Assembly: GCA_034521815.1 (NCBI GenBank)
Contig: JAXHLW010000013.1
Span: 1,280,001 to 1,344,000 of the forward strand
DNA length: 64,000 nt
Source of the DNA: Trueperaceae bacterium
GTDB taxonomy: Bacteria > Deinococcota > Deinococci > Deinococcales > Trueperaceae
Direction: 5' to 3'
Position numbers and translations under genes: made by a program. Below the pieces are notes generated by a model. The model was not told where the DNA came from. It made no database searches and worked only from the letters and a program-made list of their open reading frames with translations. Shown here piece by piece: positions 54,917 through 64,000 of the stretch (positions within the stretch are counted from its first letter, which is position 1; the number at the start of each line of letters is the position of its first letter).

Positions 54917-55360
54917 ATGCGCAATCTCATGTTCGGCCTGTTGGCCGCTCTCGTGCTCGGCAGTGGAGCCGCGTTCGCCCAGAACGGGTTCTATGCCGGT
55001 GCGAGCGCCGGTTACCCCGGTGCCGCGCTTCACTTCGGTGTCGAAGACGTCGGCGCAGCCGGCCTCGACGCCCGCCTGAACATCGGCTACGCCTACGACG
55101 GCGACTTCTCGTTCGGCGTCGACGCGCTCTACGACCTGAACGTCGACACGGACAACCTCCCGATCGACGTCTACGTCGGTGGCGGTGTCGGTGCGGACTT
55201 CGGCGGCTCGTTCTTCCTCAAGGGCCTCGTCGGTGCAGAGTACCGGCTCGTCGAGATCGACGTGCCCGCCCTCGGCGTGTTCGTGGAAGTCGGCCCCACC
55301 TTCGACTTCTCCGGTGGCATCAGCGCCGACGCCCGTCTGGGCGTGAACTACCACTTCTGA
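54917..55360 (+). CDS. Small outer-membrane beta-barrel protein
   Basis: Signal peptide AFA-Q, alternating amphipathic strands, C-terminal LGVNYHF beta signal, RBS GGAGG. Confidence 0.85.
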   Translation: MRNLMFGLLAALVLGSGAAFAQNGFYAGASAGYPGAALHFGVEDVGAAGLDARLNIGYAYDGDFSFGVDALYDLNVDTDNLPIDVYVGGGVGADFGGSFFLKGLVGAEYRLVEIDVPALGVFVEVGPTFDFSGGISADARLGVNYHF

Positions 55361-55386
55361 CCTTTCGGTCTTCGGACCGCAACGTC

Positions 55387-55419
55387 GAACGGGCCCGCTC
55401 TTCACGAGCGGGCCCGTTC
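55387..55419. terminator. Hairpin between convergent OMP gene and mfd
   Basis: GAACGGGCCCGCTC-TTCAC-GAGCGGGCCCGTTC. Confidence 0.75.
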
Positions 55420-55441
55420 TCGTGTCTCGTGCAACGGGCGC

Positions 55442-58400
55442 TCAGCCCACCGCGTAGAGCAGCTGCTGCAGCGCCTGGGGAACATCGGCCGACGCCAGGC
55501 CGCGCTTCTTGACCGAAAAGCCGGGCGGGTAGCGTGTCGCCTCCGCCGTGAACGCCAGGTCCCTCAGCTTGCGCGGATCGTAGTCGAGCTCGTCGAAGTT
55601 GGCGCGGAACGTCACCTGCACGTCGGTCATGTGCTCGCTGATCGCCGCGACGCCCTTGCCCTCGGCCAGCAGACGAAGCTTGACCAGCTCCAGGAACGCC
55701 TTGACCTCGGGCGGGAACGGACCGCGTGCGGACCGCAGCTCACGTGCGATGCGGCTCACCTCGGCCAGGCCCTCCGCCTCGGCCAGCCGCCCGTAGAACG
55801 CGATCCGCTCGTCGTCGTCGGGCAGGTACGCCGGCGTCAGCCGCGCATCGAGGTTCAGGTCCAGCGACACCGCGGGACGCTTCTCGGCCTTCTCCTCGCC
55901 CTTGAGCTTGGAGACCTCTTCGGCGAGGAGCTCCGTGTAGACCTCCAGCGAGACGGCGCTGACGTGCCCGTGCTGCTCGGGACCCAGCAGGTTCCCCACC
56001 CCGCGGATCTCCATGTCCTTCTCGGCCAGCAGGTGCCCCGAGCCCAGGTCGTTCAGCTCGGCGATCGCGTACAGCCGTCGCTGCGCCTGCTCGGTCAGCC
56101 GCCCCGGGTAGAGCAGGTACGCCCACGCCTCGGTCTGCCGGCGCCCCACGCGCCCGCGCAGCTGGTACAGCTGCGCCAGGCCCAGCCGGTCGGCACGCTC
56201 GATGATCAGGGTGTTCGCGCCGGCGACGTCCAGGCCGGACTCGACGATGGTGGTCGCCAGCAGGACGTCGAACGCGCCCTCCTCGAAGCCCAGCATGATC
56301 GCCTCGAGCTCGTCCGCCGCCATCTGGCCGTGCGCGACCCCGATCCGCGCCTCGGGCACGAGCTGCTGCAGCGTGCGTGCCCGCATCGACATCGAGCCGA
56401 TCCGGTCGTGGATGTAGTACGTCTTGCCGCCGCGCTCGAGCTCGTGCACGATGGCGCTTCGCACGGTCATCGGATCGTACGGCTGCAGCACCGTCTGGAT
56501 CGGCTGTCGGCCCTCGGGCGGCGTCATGATCTGGCTGACGTCGCGCAGGCCCACCAGGCTCATGTACAGCGTGCGCGGGATCGGCGTCGCCGACAGCGAC
56601 AGCACGTCCAGGTTCGCGCGCAGCGCCTTGAGCTTCTCCTTCTGCCCCACCCCGAAGCGGTGCTCCTCGTCGATGATCAGCAGACCGAGGCTCTCGTACT
56701 TGATTCCCTCGTTCAGAAGCCGGTGCGTGCCGATCACGACGTCCACCGTGCCGTCCGCCAAGCCCGTCAGCGCCGCCCGGGCGCCCGCGTCGCTGGTGAA
56801 CCGCGACAGCAGCGCCACGTTGACCGGAAGGCCCGCGACCCGCTCGGCGATGGTGTCGTAGTGCTGCTTGGCGAGGACGGTCGTCGGCACCAGCATGGCG
56901 ACCTGGTGACCGTTGGCCACCGCCCGCATCGCGGCGCGGATGGCGACCTCGGTCTTGCCGAACCCCACGTCGCCGCTGATGAGGCGGTCCATCGGGATCG
57001 ATCGCTCCATGTCCGCGAGCGTGTCGCTCACGGAGGTCGCCTGGTCCGGCGTCAGCACGAACGGGAAGTTCTTCTCGACCAGCGGATCCCACTCGGGCTG
57101 CTGCGGGAACGCCGTGCCCTGACTGACCTGCCGCTTGGCGTACGTCTTGATCAGCTCGGCGGCCAGCTCCTGCGCGCTGACGCGGGCCTTCTCCTTGGCC
57201 CGCGACCACTCGTTCGTCCCCAGCGTGGACAGCTTGGGCGGTACGTCCGACGTTCCCGGGTGGCGGCGCAGGAGGGGGAGCTGCTCGACGGGCAGGAACA
57301 GCCGGCCCTCGGCGGCGTAGCGCAGCTTCAGGTAGTCCCGTGCGACGCCCAGCACCTGGCGGGATTCCAGGCCCTGGAACAGCGCGACCCCGTGATCGGG
57401 ATGGATCAGGTAGTCGCCGACCGTGAGCTGGCTGGCGTCCTGCACAGCGCGACCGGGGAGGCGGCGCAGCTTGCGCCCGCCCTGATGGCCGTAGAGCAGG
57501 TCCTCGGTGAGGACCACCTCACGCTGAGCGTCGTCACGGTAGCCGCCCTCGGGGCGACCGGCCAGCGCCAGCGTGAGCTCGCCGGCACGGTCCGACACGC
57601 CGTTCCCCCAGCGGTGCGCGAGGTGACCGACGACCCTCTCGGTCAGGTAGCGCCCGGTCCGCTCGAAACGGAGCAGCAGCGTGACGGCGTAGCCGTCGCG
57701 CAGCCAGCCCTCGGCGTCGGCGGCGAACTCGTCGAGGCGGGCCCGGTAGTACGGCAGCGGCGTCAGGGACGACGGCCGGGCGTCCAGCGTCAGCGGATCG
57801 CGCCCGAACGACACGACCGACCGCTCCGCGAGATGCGTCCAGAGGCGCTCGGCCTCGGTGTCGGACGCGGTCCCCGCGTACAGCTCCGGCACGTCCAGGA
57901 ACACGGTGCCGGGCAGCGCCTCGAGAACGGTCCCGTCCCAGCCCTCCTCGTCCTCCTCGAACAGCGGCGCGTCGCGGCGCGGCGACAACACGTGGGCCGC
58001 GACCTCGCGACCGTTCAGGCGCAGCTCGTCGAGCTCGTCGCCGAAGAACCCGAGGCGCAGCTGAGGTCCTTCGGGGTCCTCCGTGAGGAAGATCGTCACG
58101 CTGTCGCCGTGGACAGCGGTTCCTGGCGTCTCGTCGCGGGGGTAGCCGAACGCGTCCAGCGTCGTCAGCAGCTCGTCGCGCGGGTGGGAGCCCCCGACCT
58201 CGAACACCGTCCGGTACCTCGCCGGATCGCGCGGGAAGGCCCTGAGCGCGTGATCGAGCGTCAGCACGACCTTCTCCGGCCGATCGCTCCAAACGTCCAG
58301 GTCGGGATCGAGCGCCGCGGCCACGCCGAACGCGCCCGCGCTCTCGAACCGCTCCGCTCGGTCGGACGTGGTCAGGAGCACCGCCTCGCCCGGGTGGCGG

Positions 58401-58534
58401 GCGAAACGCGCCAGCCGTGCGACCGACGGCAGGCCCAGCTCCCGTACGCCGCTGGCGGACGGACGATCCACGGCCGGCGAACCCGGCTCGGACGTCCCTC
58501 GAGGAGCGCTTCGCGGCGAGGCTGGCTGGGTCAT
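55442..58534 (-). CDS. mfd: Transcription-repair coupling factor
   Basis: [10 protein letters not shown] (RID), [52 protein letters not shown]. Confidence 0.95.
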   Translation of the reverse strand: MTQPASPRSAPRGTSEPGSPAVDRPSASGVRELGLPSVARLARFARHPGEAVLLTTSDRAERFESAGAFGVAAALDPDLDVWSDRPEKVVLTLDHALRAFPRDPARYRTVFEVGGSHPRDELLTTLDAFGYPRDETPGTAVHGDSVTIFLTEDPEGPQLRLGFFGDELDELRLNGREVAAHVLSPRRDAPLFEEDEEGWDGTVLEALPGTVFLDVPELYAGTASDTEAERLWTHLAERSVVSFGRDPLTLDARPSSLTPLPYYRARLDEFAADAEGWLRDGYAVTLLLRFERTGRYLTERVVGHLAHRWGNGVSDRAGELTLALAGRPEGGYRDDAQREVVLTEDLLYGHQGGRKLRRLPGRAVQDASQLTVGDYLIHPDHGVALFQGLESRQVLGVARDYLKLRYAAEGRLFLPVEQLPLLRRHPGTSDVPPKLSTLGTNEWSRAKEKARVSAQELAAELIKTYAKRQVSQGTAFPQQPEWDPLVEKNFPFVLTPDQATSVSDTLADMERSIPMDRLISGDVGFGKTEVAIRAAMRAVANGHQVAMLVPTTVLAKQHYDTIAERVAGLPVNVALLSRFTSDAGARAALTGLADGTVDVVIGTHRLLNEGIKYESLGLLIIDEEHRFGVGQKEKLKALRANLDVLSLSATPIPRTLYMSLVGLRDVSQIMTPPEGRQPIQTVLQPYDPMTVRSAIVHELERGGKTYYIHDRIGSMSMRARTLQQLVPEARIGVAHGQMAADELEAIMLGFEEGAFDVLLATTIVESGLDVAGANTLIIERADRLGLAQLYQLRGRVGRRQTEAWAYLLYPGRLTEQAQRRLYAIAELNDLGSGHLLAEKDMEIRGVGNLLGPEQHGHVSAVSLEVYTELLAEEVSKLKGEEKAEKRPAVSLDLNLDARLTPAYLPDDDERIAFYGRLAEAEGLAEVSRIARELRSARGPFPPEVKAFLELVKLRLLAEGKGVAAISEHMTDVQVTFRANFDELDYDPRKLRDLAFTAEATRYPPGFSVKKRGLASADVPQALQQLLYAVG

Positions 58535-58563
58535 GAGGAGGGTTTGATCATGAAAAGGACCGA

Positions 58564-58601
58564 GTCATGGGGAGATTGGGGTCATGGGGAGATTGGGGTC
58601 A
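58564..58601 (+). repeat. 17-bp tandem duplication (GTCATGGGGAGATTGGG) giving four G4 tracts
   Basis: Direct reading of sequence. Confidence 0.9.
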
Positions 58602-58701
58602 GGGCGAGCCTGATGCGGACGTCCCGTGCGCAGTTCGCGCGGGGACGGGCCATGCCGGCCACGAGGATAGCAGGGTCGCTGGTCGCGCGGCGGCGGCCGG
58701 C

Positions 58702-59538
58702 CTACCGGCCGGCGTCGCCTTCGCGAACGTCGAGCGCCAGCCGATAGGCGTCGTTGCGGGGCACGCCCAGCGCTTGGAGCGCGTCGCGAAGGGTGCGCCC
58801 GGTGACGCCGGCCGACGCCAGAGCGACGGCCAGCGCCTCGCCTTCCGGCGTGTCGCTCTCGGGCGCCTCGTCCTCGGCGCGCCCGCCGACGATGACCACG
58901 CACTCGCCTCGCGGCGCGGTCCGGGTGAACCGCGCGGCCAGCTCGGCCAGCGAGCCTCGAGCCGTCTCCTCGTGCTTCTTGGTGAGCTCACGGCTGACGC
59001 TCGCCGGTCGCTCGTCCCCGCACGCCTCGGCCAGGTCCGCCAGGGTCGCAGCGACGCGCGGAGGCGCCTCGTAGATCGCGGTCGGATGGTCCCTGCGTGC
59101 GATCGCGCCGATCCGCCTGCCGCGTGCGGCACCCTTGCGGGGCAGGAATCCGTCGAACGAGAACCGCGCGAGCGGCAGGCCGGACAGCACCAGGGCGGGC
59201 ACGAAGGCGGTCGGTCCGGGGAGCGCCTCGACCTCGTGGCCCGCCGCGAGCGCGAGCCGAACCAGGTCGGCACCGGGGTCGCTCACGCCGGGCGTGCCGG
59301 CGTCGCTCACGTACGCCACGACGTCGTGATCGCTCAGCACGCCGGGCCCGCGCGAGGCGACGGTGTGCGCGTCCAGACGGACCAGCGGCGTCGCGATGCC
59401 GTGGTGCGCCAGCAGGTTGCCGCTTCGGCGGGTGTCCTCGGCCGCGACCACGTCCGCGGTCCTGAGCACCTCGAGCGCGTGGAGGGTGATGTCGTGGAGG
59501 GCGCCGATCGGCGTCGGGACGAGGATCAGCCGACTCAC
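58702..59538 (-). CDS. rsmI: 16S rRNA C1402 2'-O-methyltransferase
   Basis: PTPIG, AEDTR, VSDAGTPGVSDPG, FDGFLP, YEAP.R, RELTK.HE. Confidence 0.95.
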   Translation of the reverse strand: MSRLILVPTPIGALHDITLHALEVLRTADVVAAEDTRRSGNLLAHHGIATPLVRLDAHTVASRGPGVLSDHDVVAYVSDAGTPGVSDPGADLVRLALAAGHEVEALPGPTAFVPALVLSGLPLARFSFDGFLPRKGAARGRRIGAIARRDHPTAIYEAPPRVAATLADLAEACGDERPASVSRELTKKHEETARGSLAELAARFTRTAPRGECVVIVGGRAEDEAPESDTPEGEALAVALASAGVTGRTLRDALQALGVPRNDAYRLALDVREGDAGR

Positions 59539-59735
59539 GCGCCGCCGCCGGCCGGCGTGGGCCGCAACCGGGCGCGACTGCGGCGCCGGGCGTTGCGGCG
59601 AAGCGCCGAGCGCAACGCGGCGCGGACCAGCTCGGCCTCGCCCACGGTCACGGTGACCACCGCACCGTCGGGCAGGCGCACGCCCTCGTCGAGCCGGACG
59701 ACGTTGCCCGACACGACGCCCTTATAGGCGCGCAC
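59535..59735 (-). CDS. Small hypothetical protein, AbrB/swapped-hairpin-like N-terminus with basic tail (alternative start 59750)
   Basis: AYKGVVSGNVVRLDEGVRLPDGAVVTVTV; RBS GAGGA; GTGA overlap with rsmI. Confidence 0.65.
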   Translation of the reverse strand: MRAYKGVVSGNVVRLDEGVRLPDGAVVTVTVGEAELVRAALRSALRRNARRRSRARLRPTPAGGGA

Positions 59736-59863
59736 GATGGTCCTCGTCACGTCGGGCCGTGCCGGACTCCGTGCGTCGTCGCGAATCGGTCACGAGGGCA
59801 GCGTAGCAGGTCGCCCATGGCCGGGTCCATGCTGGGAGACGACGCCCGAAGCACGCCTCTCGG

Positions 59864-59878
59864 TACCCCCTACGGGTA
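59864..59878 (+). promoter_or_regulatory. CsoR/CstR-type operator overlapping -10 TATCAT (59877-59882)
   Basis: TACCCCCTACGGGTA: TAC/GTA ends around C/G tracts, upstream of the csoR-family gene. Confidence 0.75.
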
Positions 59879-60049
59879 TCATGTCCGCAACGACCGCCCG
59901 CGCCGGGACCCGGCCATCGCATGCCGCTCCCGCTCGCTCGTTTTCGATTCGGAGGACTCGATGGACGCCACTCTCTGGACTCTCGCTCGCACCGACCCCG
60001 CCGGAGGCGGGAACGATCCAGGCGCGGGCCGCGACCGCGCGGGCTCCCG

Positions 60050-60349
60050 GTGAGCGCCGCCACGACGGCGCCGAGCAGCGTTCCTTTCGCGATCGACCCG
60101 TCCGAGAAGAAACGCATCCTGAACCGGCTCAAGCGGCTCGAGGGCCAGGTCCGTGGCCTTCAGCGCATGGTGGACGAGGAACGGTCGTGCCGCGAGATCC
60201 TGACGTTGCTGTCCGGCGTGCGTAGCGCGCTCGACGCGACCGGCGACGCGGTGCTCGAGAACTACCTCAGGCGCTGCCAGGCCGACTTCGAGACGGGCTC
60301 GGGCGAGGTCGGCGATCTGCTCGCCGCGGTGAAGCTGGCGCGAGGCTGA
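60050..60349 (+). CDS. CsoR/RcnR family metal- or sulfur-sensing repressor
   Basis: RILNRLKRLEGQVRGLQRMVDEERSCREIL...LENYLRRC. Confidence 0.9.
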   Translation: MSAATTAPSSVPFAIDPSEKKRILNRLKRLEGQVRGLQRMVDEERSCREILTLLSGVRSALDATGDAVLENYLRRCQADFETGSGEVGDLLAAVKLARG

Positions 60350-60448
60350 GGAGCCCCTGCCGCCGGGCGGCGTCGGCTGCGAGGCGTCGGCCGTGAAGCA
60401 CCGTCGCGGCACGCCCGGTCACGGCACGCCCGGTCACGGCGGGTCAGG

Positions 60449-61615
60449 TCACGGCGAAGCTCGGTAGATCCTGCGCTGCAGACCGACGCCGGGGTAGTAG
60501 TACGCCAGGATGCGACCGAAGTCGTACCCGCTCAGGGCCAGCGCCCGCGCGCCGTACTGACTCATGCCGACCCCGTGGCCCCAGCCGTCGCCGAGAACCG
60601 TCAGCGGAGCGACGCTCGAGATCCTCGTCGACTTGAGTCCGACGCGTCGCAACACCCGCGTGAGCGTGGTGCCCGATACGACCACGTTGCCGGTATCGCC
60701 GGCGATCTCGGCCCGCGACACGCGTCCCGACGCGCTGCGCGCGAGGATCGTGAGTCCGGTCGGCGTCCCCACGGAGCGCCCCTCCGCCGCCAGCGCGCCA
60801 CGCAGCGCCGTGGGCGCGATGCTCACGGTCCAGCGGCGATGCGGCGAGGCGCTGGGGACGTCGGTACGTGCACGGAGGTAGGGAACGTCGCGCCCCCACA
60901 CCTCGGCCGAGGACGCCACGGCGCCGCCCGAGTCGGCGTGATAGTACGCGATCGCGGGGGCGCCCGCCCACGCGATCACGATCCCCTCCGTGTCCGCGAC
61001 GGCGCGGTCGCTCCGGGGGTGCTCGACCTCCATCCCGCGGTAGACCTGGCATGCGTCGGTGGAGCAGATGTCGTAGTCCGCGCCAGGGTCCAGCGACGCC
61101 AGCGTGTAGCTCCGAGCGGCCACGGCCTGCGCCTTGAGCGCCTCGATCGGCCACGCCGCCTGCATCTCCGAGGGCACCACGCCCCGCAGGTACGCCTCGA
61201 GATCGACGAGATTGACGACACGCAACGCACCGTCGTGCACCTCGACACGGAGCCCGCCACGGTACGCGCGCCCGTCGCGACGCACCACCTCGTTCTCGGG
61301 CAGAAGCTCCAGCCACGGCCCCACCTCTGCCCCGTCCGACACGATGACGCCGTCACGTACCGTCAGCGGCCAGGCGAGCGCGGCGACACCGGTCCGTGCG
61401 CCACGGACCGTTCGGACCTCGTGGGGCCCGCCGAGCTCCACCACCGTCGCCGCGAGACCGTCCTCGAGCAGCACGCGGACGAGCTGTCCGGCCCAGCCGA
61501 CACTGAAAAGGAGCGACACGACCATCAGGCCGACCACCACGATCGGTCGGATCGCGACGCGGCCCGGAAGCGCGGCTGGTGAACGTCGGTGAGAGGCCGC
61601 CTGGCTAGCGATCAT
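60449..61615 (-). CDS. SpoIID/LytB domain protein (lytic transglycosylase-like; start uncertain)
   Basis: YLRGVVPSEM...EALKAQAVAARSY, CQVY.G, GWGHGVGMSQYGA, ILAYYYPG. Confidence 0.9.
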   Translation of the reverse strand: MIASQAASHRRSPAALPGRVAIRPIVVVGLMVVSLLFSVGWAGQLVRVLLEDGLAATVVELGGPHEVRTVRGARTGVAALAWPLTVRDGVIVSDGAEVGPWLELLPENEVVRRDGRAYRGGLRVEVHDGALRVVNLVDLEAYLRGVVPSEMQAAWPIEALKAQAVAARSYTLASLDPGADYDICSTDACQVYRGMEVEHPRSDRAVADTEGIVIAWAGAPAIAYYHADSGGAVASSAEVWGRDVPYLRARTDVPSASPHRRWTVSIAPTALRGALAAEGRSVGTPTGLTILARSASGRVSRAEIAGDTGNVVVSGTTLTRVLRRVGLKSTRISSVAPLTVLGDGWGHGVGMSQYGARALALSGYDFGRILAYYYPGVGLQRRIYRASP

Positions 61616-61663
61616 GTCGCGGTTCCACGGGTCCGTGGATCGCGCCTGCGCGGCCCGCCGGCC

Positions 61664-62083
61664 TCAGAGCTGGCTGTTGTCGGGCACGTCGACACGGAAG
61701 AGCCCGGTGGCCCCGCTGAAGGTGAGCTGGATGGTGTACTCGCCCCGCCCCTCGTCGAACACCTCATCGATCGCGATGCGCTGTCCACGCCGGTACATCT
61801 CCTCGAACACGAGCTCGGGCGGCTCCGCCGAGCGGTTGGTCTGAAAGCTGCCGGTGTCCTGGTAGACGATCTGCACCCGGACCTCGCCGTCGCGAACGCG
61901 GCCGCTGACCTCGATCGGCATCGCATCGCGCTGAATCGTGCGCCTTGCGGTGGACGCGCTTCCGTCGCGCTTGTACACGAACACGGGGGTCGAGCCGGCG
62001 ACGCCGACGTTCCATCCCACCGTCTCGCCCACGGCGAAGAAGACGATCGCTGCGAACAGAACGAACCCCAAGAACTCACGCAT
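61664..62083 (-). CDS. Hypothetical membrane-anchored/exported beta-rich protein
   Basis: N-terminal hydrophobic helix, typical codon use, -10 TAGGCT 6 nt before ATG. Confidence 0.75.
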   Translation of the reverse strand: MREFLGFVLFAAIVFFAVGETVGWNVGVAGSTPVFVYKRDGSASTARRTIQRDAMPIEVSGRVRDGEVRVQIVYQDTGSFQTNRSAEPPELVFEEMYRRGQRIAIDEVFDEGRGEYTIQLTFSGATGLFRVDVPDNSQL

Positions 62084-62241
62084 GGTCAGAGCCTACTTCA
62101 GGCGTGGGCCGGCGCGACGTGAAGTCCGCTGCACCCAGGCGACCGCCAAGGCGCCGCCCGACGACCGGGCGGCCGTCGGGCGGGCAGCGAGCGGCCCTCG
62201 GGTGGCGAACGAGGCGGGCAGCCAACCTGCCGCGACCGGCG

Positions 62242-63999
<1,758 letters not shown>

Positions 64000-64000
64000 G

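Noticed and set aside
58550-58747. 65-codon plus-strand ORF with GAGGAGG RBS, divergent from mfd
   Set aside because: Overlaps the mfd leader and rsmI 3' end, is built partly from the tandem repeat and has no recognisable features; cannot be supported

Overview
Very GC-rich bacterial chromosomal segment, most likely Deinococcota (Trueperaceae-like). This is inferred from a close Thermus-type glucose-binding protein, a MurE EEDxR motif, an N-terminally reduced Mfd and many apparent leaderless genes. It is mostly core genome: rplY-pth, an SLC13 permease, pstSCAB, valS with a Val-specific T-box, mrp, guaA, hrcA, tsaE/tsaB, an mreB-lpxD-lpxC-(gnnA-like)-fabZ-lpxA-lpxB-msbA-methyltransferase cluster, serA, recG, sugar and amino-acid ABC components, alr, two deoxynucleoside kinases, murE, pdp, moeB, tRNA-fMet, era, a small beta-barrel OMP, mfd, rsmI, a CsoR-family regulator with operator, and acnA. 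No CRISPR, IS, integrase or prophage was seen. Several essential genes carry single-base frameshifts, pointing to uncorrected long-read indels. The best novelty candidates are (1) an uncharacterised three-gene module (16127-21829) in which two proteins sharing a ~72-aa N-terminal domain and a C-terminal Roadblock/MglB-like domain flank an exported membrane protein, (2) a truncated lipid A-type pathway in a phylum whose model members lack LPS, and (3) a membrane pseudokinase, a G-quadruplex-forming duplication in the mfd leader and an atypical CsoR/CstR locus. All calls come from motif recognition by eye; no searches were run.
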